Positions 1 through 12,997 of a DNA stretch of 56,547 nucleotides are shown in pieces. The stretch spans positions 1 through 56,547 of the forward strand of contig JAUCBJ010005009.1 in assembly GCA_032718475.1 (NCBI GenBank). Direction: 5' to 3'. Within the stretch, counting starts at the first letter, position 1. The number at the start of each line of letters is the position of its first letter. The notes beneath the pieces are model-generated. The model ran no database searches. It was not told the origin of the DNA and was given only the letters and a program-made list of their open reading frames with translations. Source of the stretch: Nemertoderma westbladi (Eukaryota; Animalia; Xenacoelomorpha). Position numbers and translations under genes: made by a program.

Positions 1-220
1 TACATGTCTGATGGCAGATGTCTGAGACACAGGAGACAATATGTTGTAAACATCTTATTAATTTCCTCTTTTGTCAAGCAGTAATAAAAATAAAGTATTC
101 TCAAAAAATCATATCATTAATACCCAATTATGTATTATATTTATTAAATGTACTTTATAAGTTAATTCGAATTATTTTTTTTTTTTTGGGGGGGGGGGGC
201 GTGGGGGGGGGGGGGGGGGG

Positions 221-441
221 AGGAACTGGAGGCAATAAAAATTCATCCCTCTTCAGGGGAAATTGGACGCAAATAACAGCGGTTTACGAGCCAAAATAAA
301 ACTGTAACCTGTTCTATTGTGTTTAGTTTATTGTTTTGGTCAAACTAACGTTCCACTGTAACCTGCACCTTTCCATAAATTGAGAATTTAACATTGAGGC
401 AGGATTTTAATTCGCCAAGGCGGGTTTTGCGTCCAGTCCCG
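221..441. mobile_element. Small MITE (family also at 32138-32290 and about 43736-43960)
   Basis: Imperfect TIR GGAACTGGAGGCAA / TTGCGTCCAGTCCC between poly-G and poly-C tracts; internal sequence nearly identical to 32150-32260. Confidence 0.65.
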
Positions 442-606
442 CCCCCCCCCCCCCCCCCCCCCCCCTGTCTCAATTATATATCCTTTTTAATTGAATTAAA
501 TAAGTATACCTATATTTAATAACATTTTATATAACTTAATAATTAACTTATCTATAACTTATATTCGACATAGTATAGTAGATACTGTTTGTAATAATAT
601 TCTTAA

Positions 607-791
607 ATGGATTTCAACCAAAGTATTGTGGGTGACGGTTACTCTATGGATGTCTGGAAGATTGCTCTAGTGTCTGCTCCAGGGGTCTTACTTATAATGA
701 CTATACTAATAGGAAACACATTGGTCTGTATAGCTGTTCATACAGATCGTAATCTTAAGGCTCCCCAGAACATGCTGTATATATCACTCGC
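607..791 (+). CDS. ADRA2: Alpha-2 adrenergic-like (Octalpha2R-type) GPCR, coding exon 1 (N-terminus, TM1, ICL1, start of TM2)
   Basis: ATG preceded by an in-frame TAA; NQS sequon; TM1 LIGNTLVCIAV; ICL1 LKAPQN (alpha-2 family LRAPQN); donor GC|GTAAGT at 792, phase 2. Confidence 0.9.
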
Positions 792-1865
792 GTAAGTTAT
801 TTATTAATAATAATCATAATAATACTGTTATTGATGAAAATTCCATAAATTGAAAGGAACATAATTCACGTGCACGATGATTTTCTAAGCAAAACATCCG
901 TACTCAGCCTGCGTACTGATTTTTGAGCGGAAGAAAGTCAGGTAATTCCACCGTTTTTGACGAGTTTCGTATGACAAGATCGATATTTTCCCACACACAA
1001 TGTCTAACTGTAAACGTAAAGAAGCCTGTTAGTTTTTACCCCACATTGTTATAATATAATACAACAATTTGGTACTCCAAAATGTATATTATTTTATATA
1101 AAAAACTTATTCTTAATAGCGTTCGTGCAGTTCAGTTGATTTAGTACTCATTTTTGGTATATTTGTGTTATTTTATTTGTTTAATTTGTATTAGACATTT
1201 AGTCAATGAAACATTATCTATCTGATAGCCATACAAAGATAGGTGATTGATTACTTTATAATAGACATATTGTTAAACTGTCACATGCGGTACAGGAATA
1301 ACAGCTGGAATCGTGAAATTCAATTCCGCGTCGCATAAAGGATCTAATCGGAAGCTTTCATCTCAGTTTTTGATCGATTTCTTTGTAAGGGAATTCAATT
1401 TGCACTTGTATCACAAAATGCGTCGTTATAACCTCAAACAGTATTTATAGCAAGGTCGTCTCGGATGGTGGTGATACATCGTTTGTCAAAATCGTAAAAG
1501 GAAATGTGGCAATTAAAAATCTGGTTCCATCCCAACCACCACCATGGCGCACAAAAGAGCTCAAAGATTAATTAATATCAAAGATAAATAATAAGTGGCT
1601 CAGTTATTATAATAGAACTTATTCATTTAACATTTTTTGTTCGCCTTTGGGTCAAAATGTTGTATTATAGTTGTATGTTTCTATCGCTACCATAGGTGAT
1701 TGACCCCTTGTACCCCACCACTTATTCCCATCCCAATCCCAATAAGAAAAATATATTTTCAACTTTTCCTTCACCAATATACTCATAATTTTCTCCATTA
1801 ATATTTTGGGAAGTGGGAGATTAAGCTCTCAAATTAATGCGGGATCTGTTTGTCTACTACCCACT

Positions 1866-2897
1866 TGGTCTATGGTTCCACGTCCTCCCCTGTTGGACTA
1901 TGGGTCCATATGTCCTCCCCTGTAGGTCTATGGGTCCAGATGTCCTCCACTATTGGTCTATGGGTCCATATGTCTTCCCCTGTTGGTCTATGGGTCCATA
2001 TGTCCTCCCCTGTTGGTCTATGGGTCCATATGTCCTCCACTGTTTGTCTATGGGTCCATATGTCTTCCCCTGTTGGTCTATGGGTCCATATGTCCTCCCC
2101 TGTTGGTCTATGGGTCCATATGTCCTCCCCTGTTGGTCTATGGGTCCATATGTCCTCCCCTGTTTGTCTATGGGTCCATATGTCCTCCACTGTTGGTCTA
2201 TGGCACCATATGCCCTCCCCTGTTGGTCTATTGGTCTATATGTCTTCCCCTGTTGGTCTATGGGTCCATATGTCCTCACCTGTTGGTCTATGGTTCCAGG
2301 TCCTCCCCTGTTGGTCTATGGGTCCATATGTCCTCCCCTGTTGGTCTATGGGTCCAGATGTCCTCCACTATTGATCTATGGGTCCATATGTCTTCCCCTG
2401 TTGGTCTATGGGTCCATATGTCCTCCCCTGTTGGTCTATGGGTCCATATGTCCTCCCCTGTTGGTCTATGGGTCCATATGTCCTCCACTGTTGGTCTATG
2501 GCACCATATGTCCTCCCCTGTTGGTCTATTGGTCCATATGTCTTCCCCTGTTGGTCTATGGGTCCATATGTCCTCCCCTGTTGGTCAATGGGTCCATATG
2601 TAGTCCCCTTTTTGTCTATGGGTCCATATGTCCTCCCCTGTTGGTCTACAGGTCCATATGTCTTCCCCTTTTGGTCTATGGGTCCATTGTCCTCCCCTGT
2701 TGGTATATGGTTCCACATCCTCCCCTGTTGGTCTATGGGTCCATATGTCTTCCCCTGTTGGTCTATGGGTCCATATGTCTTCCTCTGTTGTATATGGGTT
2801 CATATGTCATCCCCTGTTGGTCTTTGGGTTCATATATATTCCCCTCTTGGTCTATGGGTTCATATGTCTTCCCCTGTTGGTCTGTGGTTCCATATGG
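1866..2897. repeat. 30-bp minisatellite (TGTTGGTCTATGGGTCCATATGTCCTCCCC), about 34 units; resumes at 7082-7127
   Basis: Tandem periodicity seen directly; explains all overlapping ORFs at 1837-2940. Confidence 0.97.
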
Positions 2898-5800
2898 ACT
2901 GAGTGCAACAGCTGAAACCTGGCCGTCTACTAACAGCTGAAACCTAAACAGATTTTTATTTGAATTACAGGTAGGCCTACTACAAATTAATTTATATCTG
3001 GCACCCTTTGGGCATAGTGATCTACTACTTTTAGAATGTCGTTGCAGAGGAAAAGAAACAATAACAGCGATGACAACCATCGTCAAATTATGTCCTTATC
3101 TTCTCGTCGTCTCAGCATTGGAGATGCAGCTGGGAACCCCAATATAAACGAGTCGAAATCTCAACCAGAGAAACAATCGAAAGAAGAAAACATAAGGATA
3201 AGCGGGAAATCGTCAAATTTGGTCACAGCAACTACTAAATCGGTAGCGGATCCCACAGCAACTACTAAATCGGCACCGGATCCCACAGCAAATCGTGATG
3301 ATGGTCTAACTGAAATTGAGGTAGTTGTTCTGGCTCCAATTGCGACGTATTGATGATTTGCATCATAAAGCTAGGGACGGATTTCGGTCGGATCGACTTC
3401 TGCTGCGGAAAATGTGTTGGGTATCGTCTATCTAATTTATCAAAGGAAATGGAAGCCTTGGAACTGCGATTAGACCACAATATAACAAAACTCCACTGCC
3501 AAGTCGATGATTACGTTTCTCGGTCTAAGATCTTGGAGGTACAGATCAAAGATAATAGAGGAGCTATGGAGAATGCTTTCAAATACCTTAGGGTTGAGAT
3601 AGAATGTAATATCTAATAGATACAAAAGAAACACGATGATCTAGACCTAGGACTCGAAGATCTAAAATCTGCTGCCAGTAATCTCATGACTGAAAATACG
3701 ACTACTAAGGGTGATACAACAAGTAATGAAGCCTGGCCATGGAAAAACGTATCATATTCCCGCAGCAAAAAACCAAACAATACAACCAACCTTGCTATAC
3801 TAACACGGCAACTAAAACACGAAGAATCTGAACAAAATAAACGCAGATCAAACATCATTATATCCAGTTCCAGTCCGCAAGATAATGACAAAGATCTTAT
3901 TATCGACATCGCCTCTACTGTTAATGTCACACTAGAAGAGAACGATATAACCTCTAAACGTGTGGGGAAACTACGAGAAAACAGCTCGCAACCCGTAGCA
4001 ACCCCCAGAAAAACGGGCTAAACTACTTCAGAAAGCTCGTGACTTACGTAAATCACAAAGATATAACCACATATCGTTAGATCTCACAACAGAAGAAAGT
4101 CATCTGCAATATGACTTACGATAGGAATGGCATGCGATGCAATCTACTCAACCAGATATACGCTGGGCCATATACCGAAACGAAGTAGTTGACTCGGCCT
4201 CTATTAACAATCTAGGAAAAACCATGAACACAGCTGGGCTAACCAACAATCAATCTTTACATAGACAACGAACATTCTATTACGATTTAGTACCTCCTGT
4301 AATATATCCCCAACTACAACAAATCCATCTCAATCACAGGTAATAAATATAGAATGACTATATATTCCAATAACCAGACACACAGCACCCAGCGGGTCTG
4401 TGGTCTCTGCATCCATAACCATGGCATCCAGTGGGTCTCCGGTCCCTGCGTGCACACCTAAGGCACCCAGCGGGTCTCTGGTCCCTGCATCCAGACCCAC
4501 GGCACCCAGCGGGTCTCTGGTCCCTGCATCCAGACCCACAGCACCCAGCGGGTCTCCGGTCCCTGTGTACAGACCCACACCACCCGGCGGTTCTCTTGTC
4601 CCTGCATCCAGACCCACAGCACCCAGCGTGTCTCCGGTCCCTGCATCCAGACCCATGGCACCCAGCGGGTCTCCGGTTCCTGCATCCAGACCAACATCAC
4701 CCAGCGGGTCTCCAGTCCTTGCGTCCAGACCCATGGCACCCAGCTGGTCACCAGTCCCTGCGTCCCCACCGACGGCACCCAGTGGGTCTCCGGTCCCTGC
4801 ATCCAGACCCAAGGCACCCAACGTGTCTCCGATCCCTGCGTCCAGACCCAAGGCACCCAGCGGGTCTGCGATCCCTGCATCCAGACCCACAGCACCCAGC
4901 GGGTCTCCAGTCCCTGCATCCAGACCCACGGCACCCAGCGGGTCTCCATTCACTGCATCCAGACCCACGGCACCCGGTGTGTCTCCTATACTGCATGTAC
5001 ACCAGCAGAACAAGTGTACCTTTTTTCCGAATTCTTCCTCTCAGTTTACAAAAAGCCAGCAATAAAAACAGCAGCAATTACTCCTCCAACATTATCCCCC
5101 ACTGAGGCTCCCTACTACGATAACTTTATTGACGACTACGATGTGTCTGTATCCACTGTACAACTACTTCTAACATCACTAAATGTTATCAAAGCCAGAG
5201 GCCCCAATAACTTACCACCACATTTCCTCCAACAATTAAGCATACAACTAGCACCATCTTTAGCTACATTATTTTTGGTGTTTAAAGACAACTGTTACTT
5301 TCCACGAGAATGGAAACATGCATCAATATCACCACGACATAAGAAGGGCAATATAACTCCAGTACCGCTTTACCGTCCAATATCTTTACTTGCCATCCCC
5401 TCGAAAATTCTAGAATGATGTATCTACATGCCAATTTACAGCCATCTTCGTTCACTTTATCATCGTGCCCAGTACGGTTTTAGAAACGGCTCGCATGTTC
5501 TTCAACTGCTTGTAGTTTTATATAAAATATATCACGCTATAGAAAATAATGATTCAACAGTAGAAATAATTTATCTAGACTTTCAAAAGGCTTTTGATTC
5601 TATATCTCATAGTTCGGTGCTACTAAAGTTATGGAAATTAGGAATTCGGGGAAAACTATGGGAAATGATATGTAGCTATCTATCACATAGAACTCAATCA
5701 GTGGAAGTTGGGGTGCAGTGTCAAAAACTAAAGATGTTGACAGCGGGACTCCGCAAGGGGTCAAAGTAACGGTCTTGAATTTAAAATCAGCAAATGTTAA

Positions 5801-7081
5801 CAACTTATCTTTCAAGGGCAGTCAAACGTAAAATTTATAAATAGCCGCCCGATAGAACGAACCACCTCAGAAAAAGATCTGGGAGTCACCTCATATAATT
5901 TTACCCGGACCGCTCATGTAGCTGAAAAATGCAGTAAAGGAAACATGGCCATCCAAAATGTGGAAGTGGATCAAATCTTACCGCTCATATCGAAATTAAA
6001 TATGTACAAATCTATGATTCTACCGATAATACCCTATGCATCACCATGTTGGTCTCCAAATAAACACGACCTATCACGTATAGAGAGTCTACAACGACAT
6101 GCCACTATCTGGATACTACGAGATAATGAATCGACCTACACAGATCGGCTCAAATCACTTAACATACTCCCCCTTTCTCTCTACTTACAACTCCTAGATT
6201 TGATGACGCTGTCGAAGATTATCGCTGGAAAATGCGATATCAACTGGGAAGAACACCTCAAACTAAGCAGACCATCAAACCAAAATACTCGTTCAAAAGA
6301 TCGGATTTTATTTAATGTTTCACAGCCGAAAAAATGCAAGTGAGAACAAAACTTTTGGTTCCGAGTACCTTACATTGCAATGTATTACCTAAGCGAATCA
6401 ATTTCACAAACCATGTAGGGCTTAAATCTCGTCTGATCGATTAATTTTTGAGGTTCTTCATTAAACACTACTCAATTGATATTCCCTGTAGCTGGTCGGT
6501 GTGCTGCAGCTGCGTCTTGATGAACTGTAGAAACAATAACTCTCATCTCGATGATTTATACCCATAGATAACGACTTATATTCTATAATCTTTATTAATT
6601 AATACAAATTTTATTACACTTCACATCCACTCCACGTATTTATTGCATCTCATTGTAAATCTTATACGCATATATCTCTTCATCATATTCATCATATATC
6701 ATCTCATTTTTACGACATCAAGTCCGACCCTTTTATTAATACGTATATATATATTTCATCTTATTTTAATACAAATATTTTTATCTCATTTCATATGAGA
6801 TCCAGTCTTCTGACCCTTTTAACTTCTTCTTTTAATCTCATAATTAGCACGACCGTTTTGAGACCAATTACATACAGTAATAATTTTAATTCGGTGTATT
6901 TTAATGTACCTTAATTAATTATTAACTCATATTTTAAACTAAGTAATGTATGAAATGTATGTAATGTATCTTTAATGGTGGAAACCCCATCACCATATAA
7001 TAATATAGTTAAATTGTCTATGCTATCTTTGTTCAGTTCTAAGTTATGGTGTAAATTTATAAATTAATAATAATAATAATA
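2898..7081 (+). mobile_element. Decayed near-full-length CR1-group LINE (ORF1, RT, 3' UTR, (AAT)n tail)
   Basis: ORF1-like coiled coil and KRRSNIII...RVGK (3036-4330); RT motifs YRPISLL, QYGFR, YLDFQKAFD (5014-5770); CR1-type C-terminus IESLQRHAT...RLKSLNILPL (5945-6343); AAT tail 7066-7081; candidate TSD ATATGG (2892-97, 7082-87); frameshifts and deletions. Confidence 0.88.
4372..4985. repeat. 39-bp GC-rich minisatellite (GGCACCCAGCGGGTCTCCGGTCCCTGCATCCAGACCCAC), about 16 units
   Basis: Tandem periodicity; lies inside the CR1 LINE between ORF1 and RT. Confidence 0.96.
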
Positions 7082-7127
7082 ATATGGTTCCACGTCCGCC
7101 CCTATTGGTTTATGGGTCCATATGTCC

Positions 7128-7460
7128 GGTCAATATAATATGCAGTACAACAAATATACTCAGTTACTTCCCATTCAAGGATAGACTTCCATTAAGTCTC
7201 ACAGCTCTCGCCTTAAATAATTTAAATAATTATGCATTTTCTATTCTAATATTTTGCAGTCTTGTACAATAATTAATGTGTTAATAATTAATATTTCTAT
7301 ATTTAGTATTTATTACCTTACTTCTTCCCTGAAGATGATTTATTGATTAAATCGAAACGTTCAAATATTATTATAAATGTTTTTTTTCCAATTTGCACTA
7401 ATACTATGTATTATTCATTGTGAAACTAAGTTGCCCGTCTGGGACTTTAATTACTTCAAT
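7128..7460 (+). mobile_element. Penelope-like element remnant
   Basis: Peptide ILSYFPFKDRLPLSLTA resembles the FKD.IP..L motif that precedes the PLE GIY-YIG domain; a hammerhead core follows at 7329-7361. Confidence 0.55.
7329..7362 (+). ncRNA. Minimal hammerhead ribozyme-like motif
   Basis: CTGAAGA-T-GATTTA[TTGAT]TAAATC-GAAA-CGTT: both core boxes, 6-bp stem II, palindromic AACGTT for stem III; stem I not evident. Confidence 0.55.
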
Positions 7461-7530
7461 ATAGTAAAGTTGCATTGTAAAAAAAAACAAGCACCACGGG
7501 GTAACCACAGGTAATAATTACAGTGATATA

Positions 7531-7681
7531 TACTACTACCACTGCTACTACTACTGTGCTACTACTACTACTGCTACTACTACTGCTACTACTACTACTA
7601 CTACTACTACTACTGCTACTACTACTGTGCTACTACTGCTACTACTACTGTGCTACTACTACTGTGCTACTACTACTACTG
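7531..7681. repeat. (CTA)n/(CTG) imperfect microsatellite
   Basis: Direct reading. Confidence 0.95.
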
Positions 7682-8246
7682 TATTGATATTACAGAAATA
7701 AACAAAGAGTCCAGGGAATAATGATCTTCCTTCGCCTTCGTTTCAGGGATTATGTGGCTCAAATTTCGTCTAAAACGAGATATAGGCTACCTGCTGTCAT
7801 AGGCATGGTGCTTACGGCGACTCTAATGCCACATTCCAATTGCACTGTAGGCCTACACATACAGCAGGTCAGGCCATAATTGAACATAATTAGTGCGATT
7901 TGAAAGCAGTTAATTCAAATTTAAATCCGGAACATTTGATATAATTCAATACACATCATGAGCCAAAACGAATAGGTACAAATTAATTATATAATTATAT
8001 CAAATAACCTAAGTCAATGTGAAATAATAAATGTAAACAAATTTTCCCATTATTAAGGGATAGATTATTACGTAATAATGGAAAGAATAAAAAAAGATAA
8101 AAAGAAAGAAATGCTATTTATGTACGAAATTAATAATAATTACGTTATACTGTACGACTTTTGCAGACAGCTAATTTTACTAAGTATATTACTTACAATA
8201 ATGCTGAAAAATTAAGGTGCCTGTAGCAAAGTAAAAGGCAGTGGAG

Positions 8247-8453
8247 TGTGTAGAGTAGGCCTACAGTAGAGTGTGTTGAGTATGTGTAGAGTAGGCCTAC
8301 AGTAGAATGTGTAGAGTAGGCCTACAGTAGAATGTGTAGAGTAGGCCTACAGTAGAATGTGTAGAGTAGGCCTACAGTAGAATGTGTAGAGTAGGCCTAC
8401 AGTAGAATGTGTAGAGTAGGCCTACAGTAGAATGTGTAGAGTAGGCCTACAGT
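8247..8453. repeat. 25-bp minisatellite (GTGTAGAGTAGGCCTACAGTAGAAT), about 8 units; last partial unit at 8775-8795
   Basis: Tandem periodicity; each unit holds the palindrome GTAGGCCTAC. Confidence 0.95.
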
Positions 8454-8774
8454 TGATCGGCATGCTGCATTGCTGCTGCATTTTTAAGAATGCTGTGCCG
8501 GCTTGTCGACAAAATTGCGCCGCCACAACTCCCTATCACACATGACATTTCAACTCTGAGTGCACTTCACTGCGACCTGCACCTGGCAGCAGGGGTACAG
8601 GGCATGACCCAGCAGATGAGCTGCAGAGCCAATGGTGGGTCATGTGCGCCAGAGTAGATATGGGTGATGGGCCTCATATCTGACTCCACTGCGACACCCA
8701 CCCTGTGGAATGGCAAACCAGGGTGTGGTATTTGCCCCGAGAGCTGACTCGGCAAAAAAGCACCCCCCAACCCC
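8454..8774 (-). mobile_element. Non-autonomous RTE-derived short retroelement
   Basis: 8455-8549 nearly identical to the RTE 3' end at 15052-15147; remainder GC-rich and non-coding; flanked by AGGCCTACAGT duplication (8443-53, 8775-85). Confidence 0.75.
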
Positions 8775-8973
8775 AGGCCTACAGTAGAATGTGTACACCC
8801 AGTACAGTAGAAACGAAAATTAATATTCAACCAAAATGAAGCCACACATCATTAACCAAACATACCAATATTGATTATAAACGTAACGGTTATAATTCTC
8901 TATAGCTGTACTATACGACTACTACAAATACAAAATTGGTTGCTCCACTGAAATATAAAATATAGTGGATAGA

Positions 8974-9263
8974 CAACACGTTCGTGGGGCGTCGTACAGC
9001 AAGCGAACTTGAGCAAGATAGAAACAACTTCGATTTGATCTGGGGTCAAAGGTTCGAGTGGTATTTGCCCGTAACTTTCAAAAATATTTGAACTTTTTCT
9101 CTAGTATGCCCATACAAAATTTGGTTGAAAATGGTTAAAATCTTCGAATGTTATTTACGAATAAATTTTTCTTTACAGACGGACGGACATAAAATTTTGC
9201 CCTATTTACTAATTATAATTGTGCACTAAGGCTCGTCTTTACGGCGTGGCTCGCCCCACAGTT
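8974..9263 (+). mobile_element. HINE/DINE-1-like (Helentron-associated) non-autonomous element
   Basis: 5' CAACACGTTCGTGGGG shared with 18516; subterminal inverted GTGGGGCG/CGCCCCAC; GACG microsatellite near the 3' end. Confidence 0.5.
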
Positions 9264-9335
9264 ATTTTAAAGCATTTTAAATCAAATGTATTTTAATTAG
9301 TGGTGCTTCATACAGGCATTCTTAATGTTGAAGTG

Positions 9336-12300
9336 ATTTTATTTATTTATTTATTTAATTTTATTATATCGGACACGAGATCCATTGCACATACATAAAT
9401 AATATAAATTTCTAAAACACTACCAGCCTAGCCTAGCAACACAAATACATATAGATAATACTAAATTGCACGGTAGATATGCATGGAATACAGAGACTTC
9501 TTGAAAGGACGATATAAATTAGAATTATTCAATATCTAGCATTAAATCCCATCGTTTACGCAAAAGTGATCCAGAACAACCAGTGTAACAAGCATTAATA
9601 ATGTGATAACAACGGTTTCCAACATGATTTAACAGTGAAAATATATGAACTCTTACCATAGATAGCCTTAAAAGTATTAATACGATTAACAACTAACATT
9701 GTGTCGGCGTCATCAGCTCTCTGATAATTGAAAAGCAAACGAAAACCCATATTAAAAGCAACTTTAACTTTGCGTAGTGATTCAACTCTAAAAATAGACC
9801 AAAGCGAAACACAATACAGATTACAACAATAGCATTTAAATAAAGTAGATTTTACAAACGGCGAGCATTTACAGAAAAATCGAGAACGCTGATTTCCGCG
9901 ACCATATAAAGAACATTTAATTCGCTGCATGTCAGGCTCATCTGAAAGGTTACGTGACAAATTGTGACGTAAATAATTATATTCTAGAACACAATTCAAA
10001 ATTTTACCACCCAAATAAACATCACCAAATCGTCCTAACTGGAATGGAACTGGAGAAAGTACATACATTTCGATTTTGCTGGATTAAATGTTATATCAAA
10101 CTTAACTCCATATGTTTCACATATTTTAATTAACAAGCGCAGTCCCTGAACACTAGGGGACAAAAGACAAATATCATCAGCATAAAATAAGTAATTAATT
10201 AACAGATTATGCACCTTACGCTTACAACCAACTTTAGCTTTATGAAGTTCAATACTCAGATCTTTCATATATATGTTAAACAGCAGTGGTGAACAGATAC
10301 TGCCTTGACGCACCCCGTTAGTAACAAAAAAAATACCTGACACTGCACCACCCCACTGCACCGTAATTGACTGTTTAGTATACCAGTAGTGTAGTATCCT
10401 AACAACATCCACTGACAGAGAACAATCTATTAGTTTACGAAACAATTTATAATAATTCACCCTTAGAAGCATCAAGAAAGGCCGAAAAAACGGGTGAATC
10501 CTTAGACAGACATAAATGCACCGTTTCTTTCAAAGCAAAAATAGCCATTTCAGTTCCCAGCCCTAACATAAATCCAAACTGATAATTAGTAATTTTTACA
10601 CACTTAAATATATGGCCATACAGGCAGGATTCAAGCAACTTTGAAGCAATATTAGACAATGCAATAGGCCGAAAATTATTCTTATCGGATAACATCTCAT
10701 TTTTATCCTTAATAACCGGTAACAACGAACTATTAATAAGAGATTCAGGTAAAAAACCATGCGATAGAAAGCTATTATATAATAAACTCAAAATAACGTT
10801 TAAACGGTCACAACAAAAATTAAACTCTCCGGAAAAAGACCATCCGGTCCTGCCGCTTTACCACTGTCCGGAATATTTATTCCATTAAGTATATCACCTG
10901 GACCGCCCAGATCCATTTCACTCATCAAATTTTAGCTTTACAAAAGTAACATCAATAGGGTCAGCACCAACAGAATTAAAAATAGTCTCATAGTTAATTT
11001 TGAATAGCTCTGCAATATCAGGGTCAGTGTGGGCGCTACCGACCGATTTACTACGTGGAGCTTTCGAATTTGAAACTTTACTACAATTTTGCCAAAAAAC
11101 TTTCGGTGACGTCACAAAAGAATCAGCGAGTTTGTCCGCGCGGATTTGGTTTTCATTTTTCCTACAATTTCGAAATGCCAATTTAAATTGTGCTGCAGTC
11201 TTACGTTTAACTTCCCAAGCAATACCCGACTTCGGGCACCCATTCTCCTTCCAAATCCGAAAGGCCTCCAGCACCGATTCACGTTTCGATTTCAAAAATC
11301 ATTCCACCCCGGAATTTTGTTACCAGGACAACCAGTACAAGAATCGTGTTTGACACTCGGAATACAACTGGCTGTAGCCTTGGTCAAACATTCAATGACA
11401 TCAACATAACATTTATTCAATGAGTTCAAATGATCTCTGTTAGTACAGTGTACATCACTACACGTAATAATTTTGTAAGGAACAAAAATATTCTTAAGTT
11501 AAATATTAGAAACTGAGAAATAATCGAATCATACGAAAATAATCGTTTTTCATTTCTGGTGTAGCTTTTACCCAATTGGGTTTATACCTACCAGCGACAA
11601 AAAATTCAGAATTATTATTACTATCAATTGGACAGGAAAAATTAGCACAAATGTTAAAACCGACTGGCATGTGATCAATATCCGACATATCATAATAAAC
11701 TATTAAATTAGAAATAGATTGATGGAAGGAAGTTGTAGAAACAACGTGGTCAAGCCACGAGATAGTTCCGTGGGTGGACATGATTGACATAGGTAAAAGT
11801 ATTACGGGGAAGGTTAACCATATCACTGGGTATAAAACTCGACCAAGTACAAAAAGATTTTAGTTCTCTACCAAAATTACGATCGGGGTTGGCATTAAAA
11901 TCACCAACTATACAACATTGCGAGCCAGAAAAATCAGAGAAAATACTATAACATTTGCCTAGCAGTTCCATAAAATAGTCAACGTTGTCTGTTGAGTCAC
12001 AAGGCATATATATATTTATCAACAATATCGGTTGAGTATCAGTAGCTATTGTAACTCCCATTAACCTATCACTGTTGAATTTTTTATTTGTAATTAAAGA
12101 GGTTAAAGTCTCCCCCCTAAGAAAAGTCTCCCCCCAAAGAATGGTTAGTCCACCATGAGGTCAACCACAGCGTGGACCGTCCTCTAGATCGACAGCTGCC
12201 ACCCCATCACCTAAAAATCATGGTGAATTTTATTAAGATTACAAATATCCTGTTTGTACATCCAAGTTTCTTGCAAAAAAATTATATCATAATTACTGCA

Positions 12301-12470
12301 CAATTCCAATCACGTATAGGTTGTTTCTAATAACCTGGCAGTTATAAGAACAAATTCTCAGTTTATCATATTGGGCCATTGTTAATACAGTTTTCCTCAC
12401 TTGCGCCCACCACTCCCACCCATATAACCATAACGTTTAACAATAGTCCCCTCAGGCCAGGCGTCAGGCT
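9336..12470 (-). mobile_element. L2-group LINE, 5'-truncated, frameshifted (end of ORF1, EN, RT, (TAAA)n tail)
   Basis: ORF1 end PDAWPEGTIVKRY (about 12400-12470); ORF2 start MAQYDKLRICSYNC at 12379; EN GDFNA, WLDH; RT NFRPIALS, FLDASK, GVRQGSICSP, YADD; tail at 9336-9365. Confidence 0.9.
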
Positions 12471-12534
12471 GGCTTCGATAGCTTAGCCACCTCACCATCG
12501 CACTTTTGTCTTTGTCTCTTGTGATTATTGTCTC

Positions 12535-12600
12535 TTGTCGGTAAAGCGTCAGACCTAAGATGCGAAAGTACTGGTTTCGATCCCGTATCTGGTCTTTCTA
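12535..12600 (+). mobile_element. tRNA-derived SINE head fragment
   Basis: TCGGTAAAGCGTCAGAC...GGTTTCGATCCC, degenerate A/B box layout. Confidence 0.35.
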
Positions 12601-12832
12601 TTGTTAAAGTTTACGCAGATTCGTTTACATCTAGGGTGCTAGCATTTCTTGTATAAAGTTAAAATTGGACCAAAAATGCTCTAAAGTTATACAGGATATT
12701 TTAATATTCATATTCCTTATAAAATATGTTTATCACTGATTATTCTTAAAGCTATAGAAATAAAAATTATATTTATAATTTTTCAACTTTTACATTATAA
12801 TTAATTATAAACGTTTTATTTCCTCTTTACAG

Positions 12833-12997
12833 TTGTGCTGATCTACTAGTTGGAACGATAATTATACCCTTTAGCTTAGCCAATGATATCATGAAGTTAT
12901 GGGCCTTTGGCGATATTTGGTGCGAGTTGTGGCTGGCGTTGGACGTGCTTTTATGTACGTCATCGATTCTTAATATATGTATGATTGGGTTAGACAG
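12833..12997 (+). CDS. ADRA2: Alpha-2 adrenergic-like GPCR, coding exon 2 (TM2-TM3)
   Basis: Acceptor tcctctttacAG at 12831-32; joins exon 1 to read [59 protein letters not shown] (PFSLAN, C3.25, amine-binding D3.32); donor AG|GTTAGT at 12998, phase 2. Confidence 0.93.

Noticed and set aside
1837-2940. Long overlapping Cys/Trp/Pro-rich ORFs (up to 367 aa)
   Set aside because: Products of a stop-poor 30-bp tandem repeat open in many frames; no splice or domain support.
4330-5105. Mucin- or collagen-like ORFs
   Set aside because: 39-bp minisatellite read in several frames inside a dead LINE.
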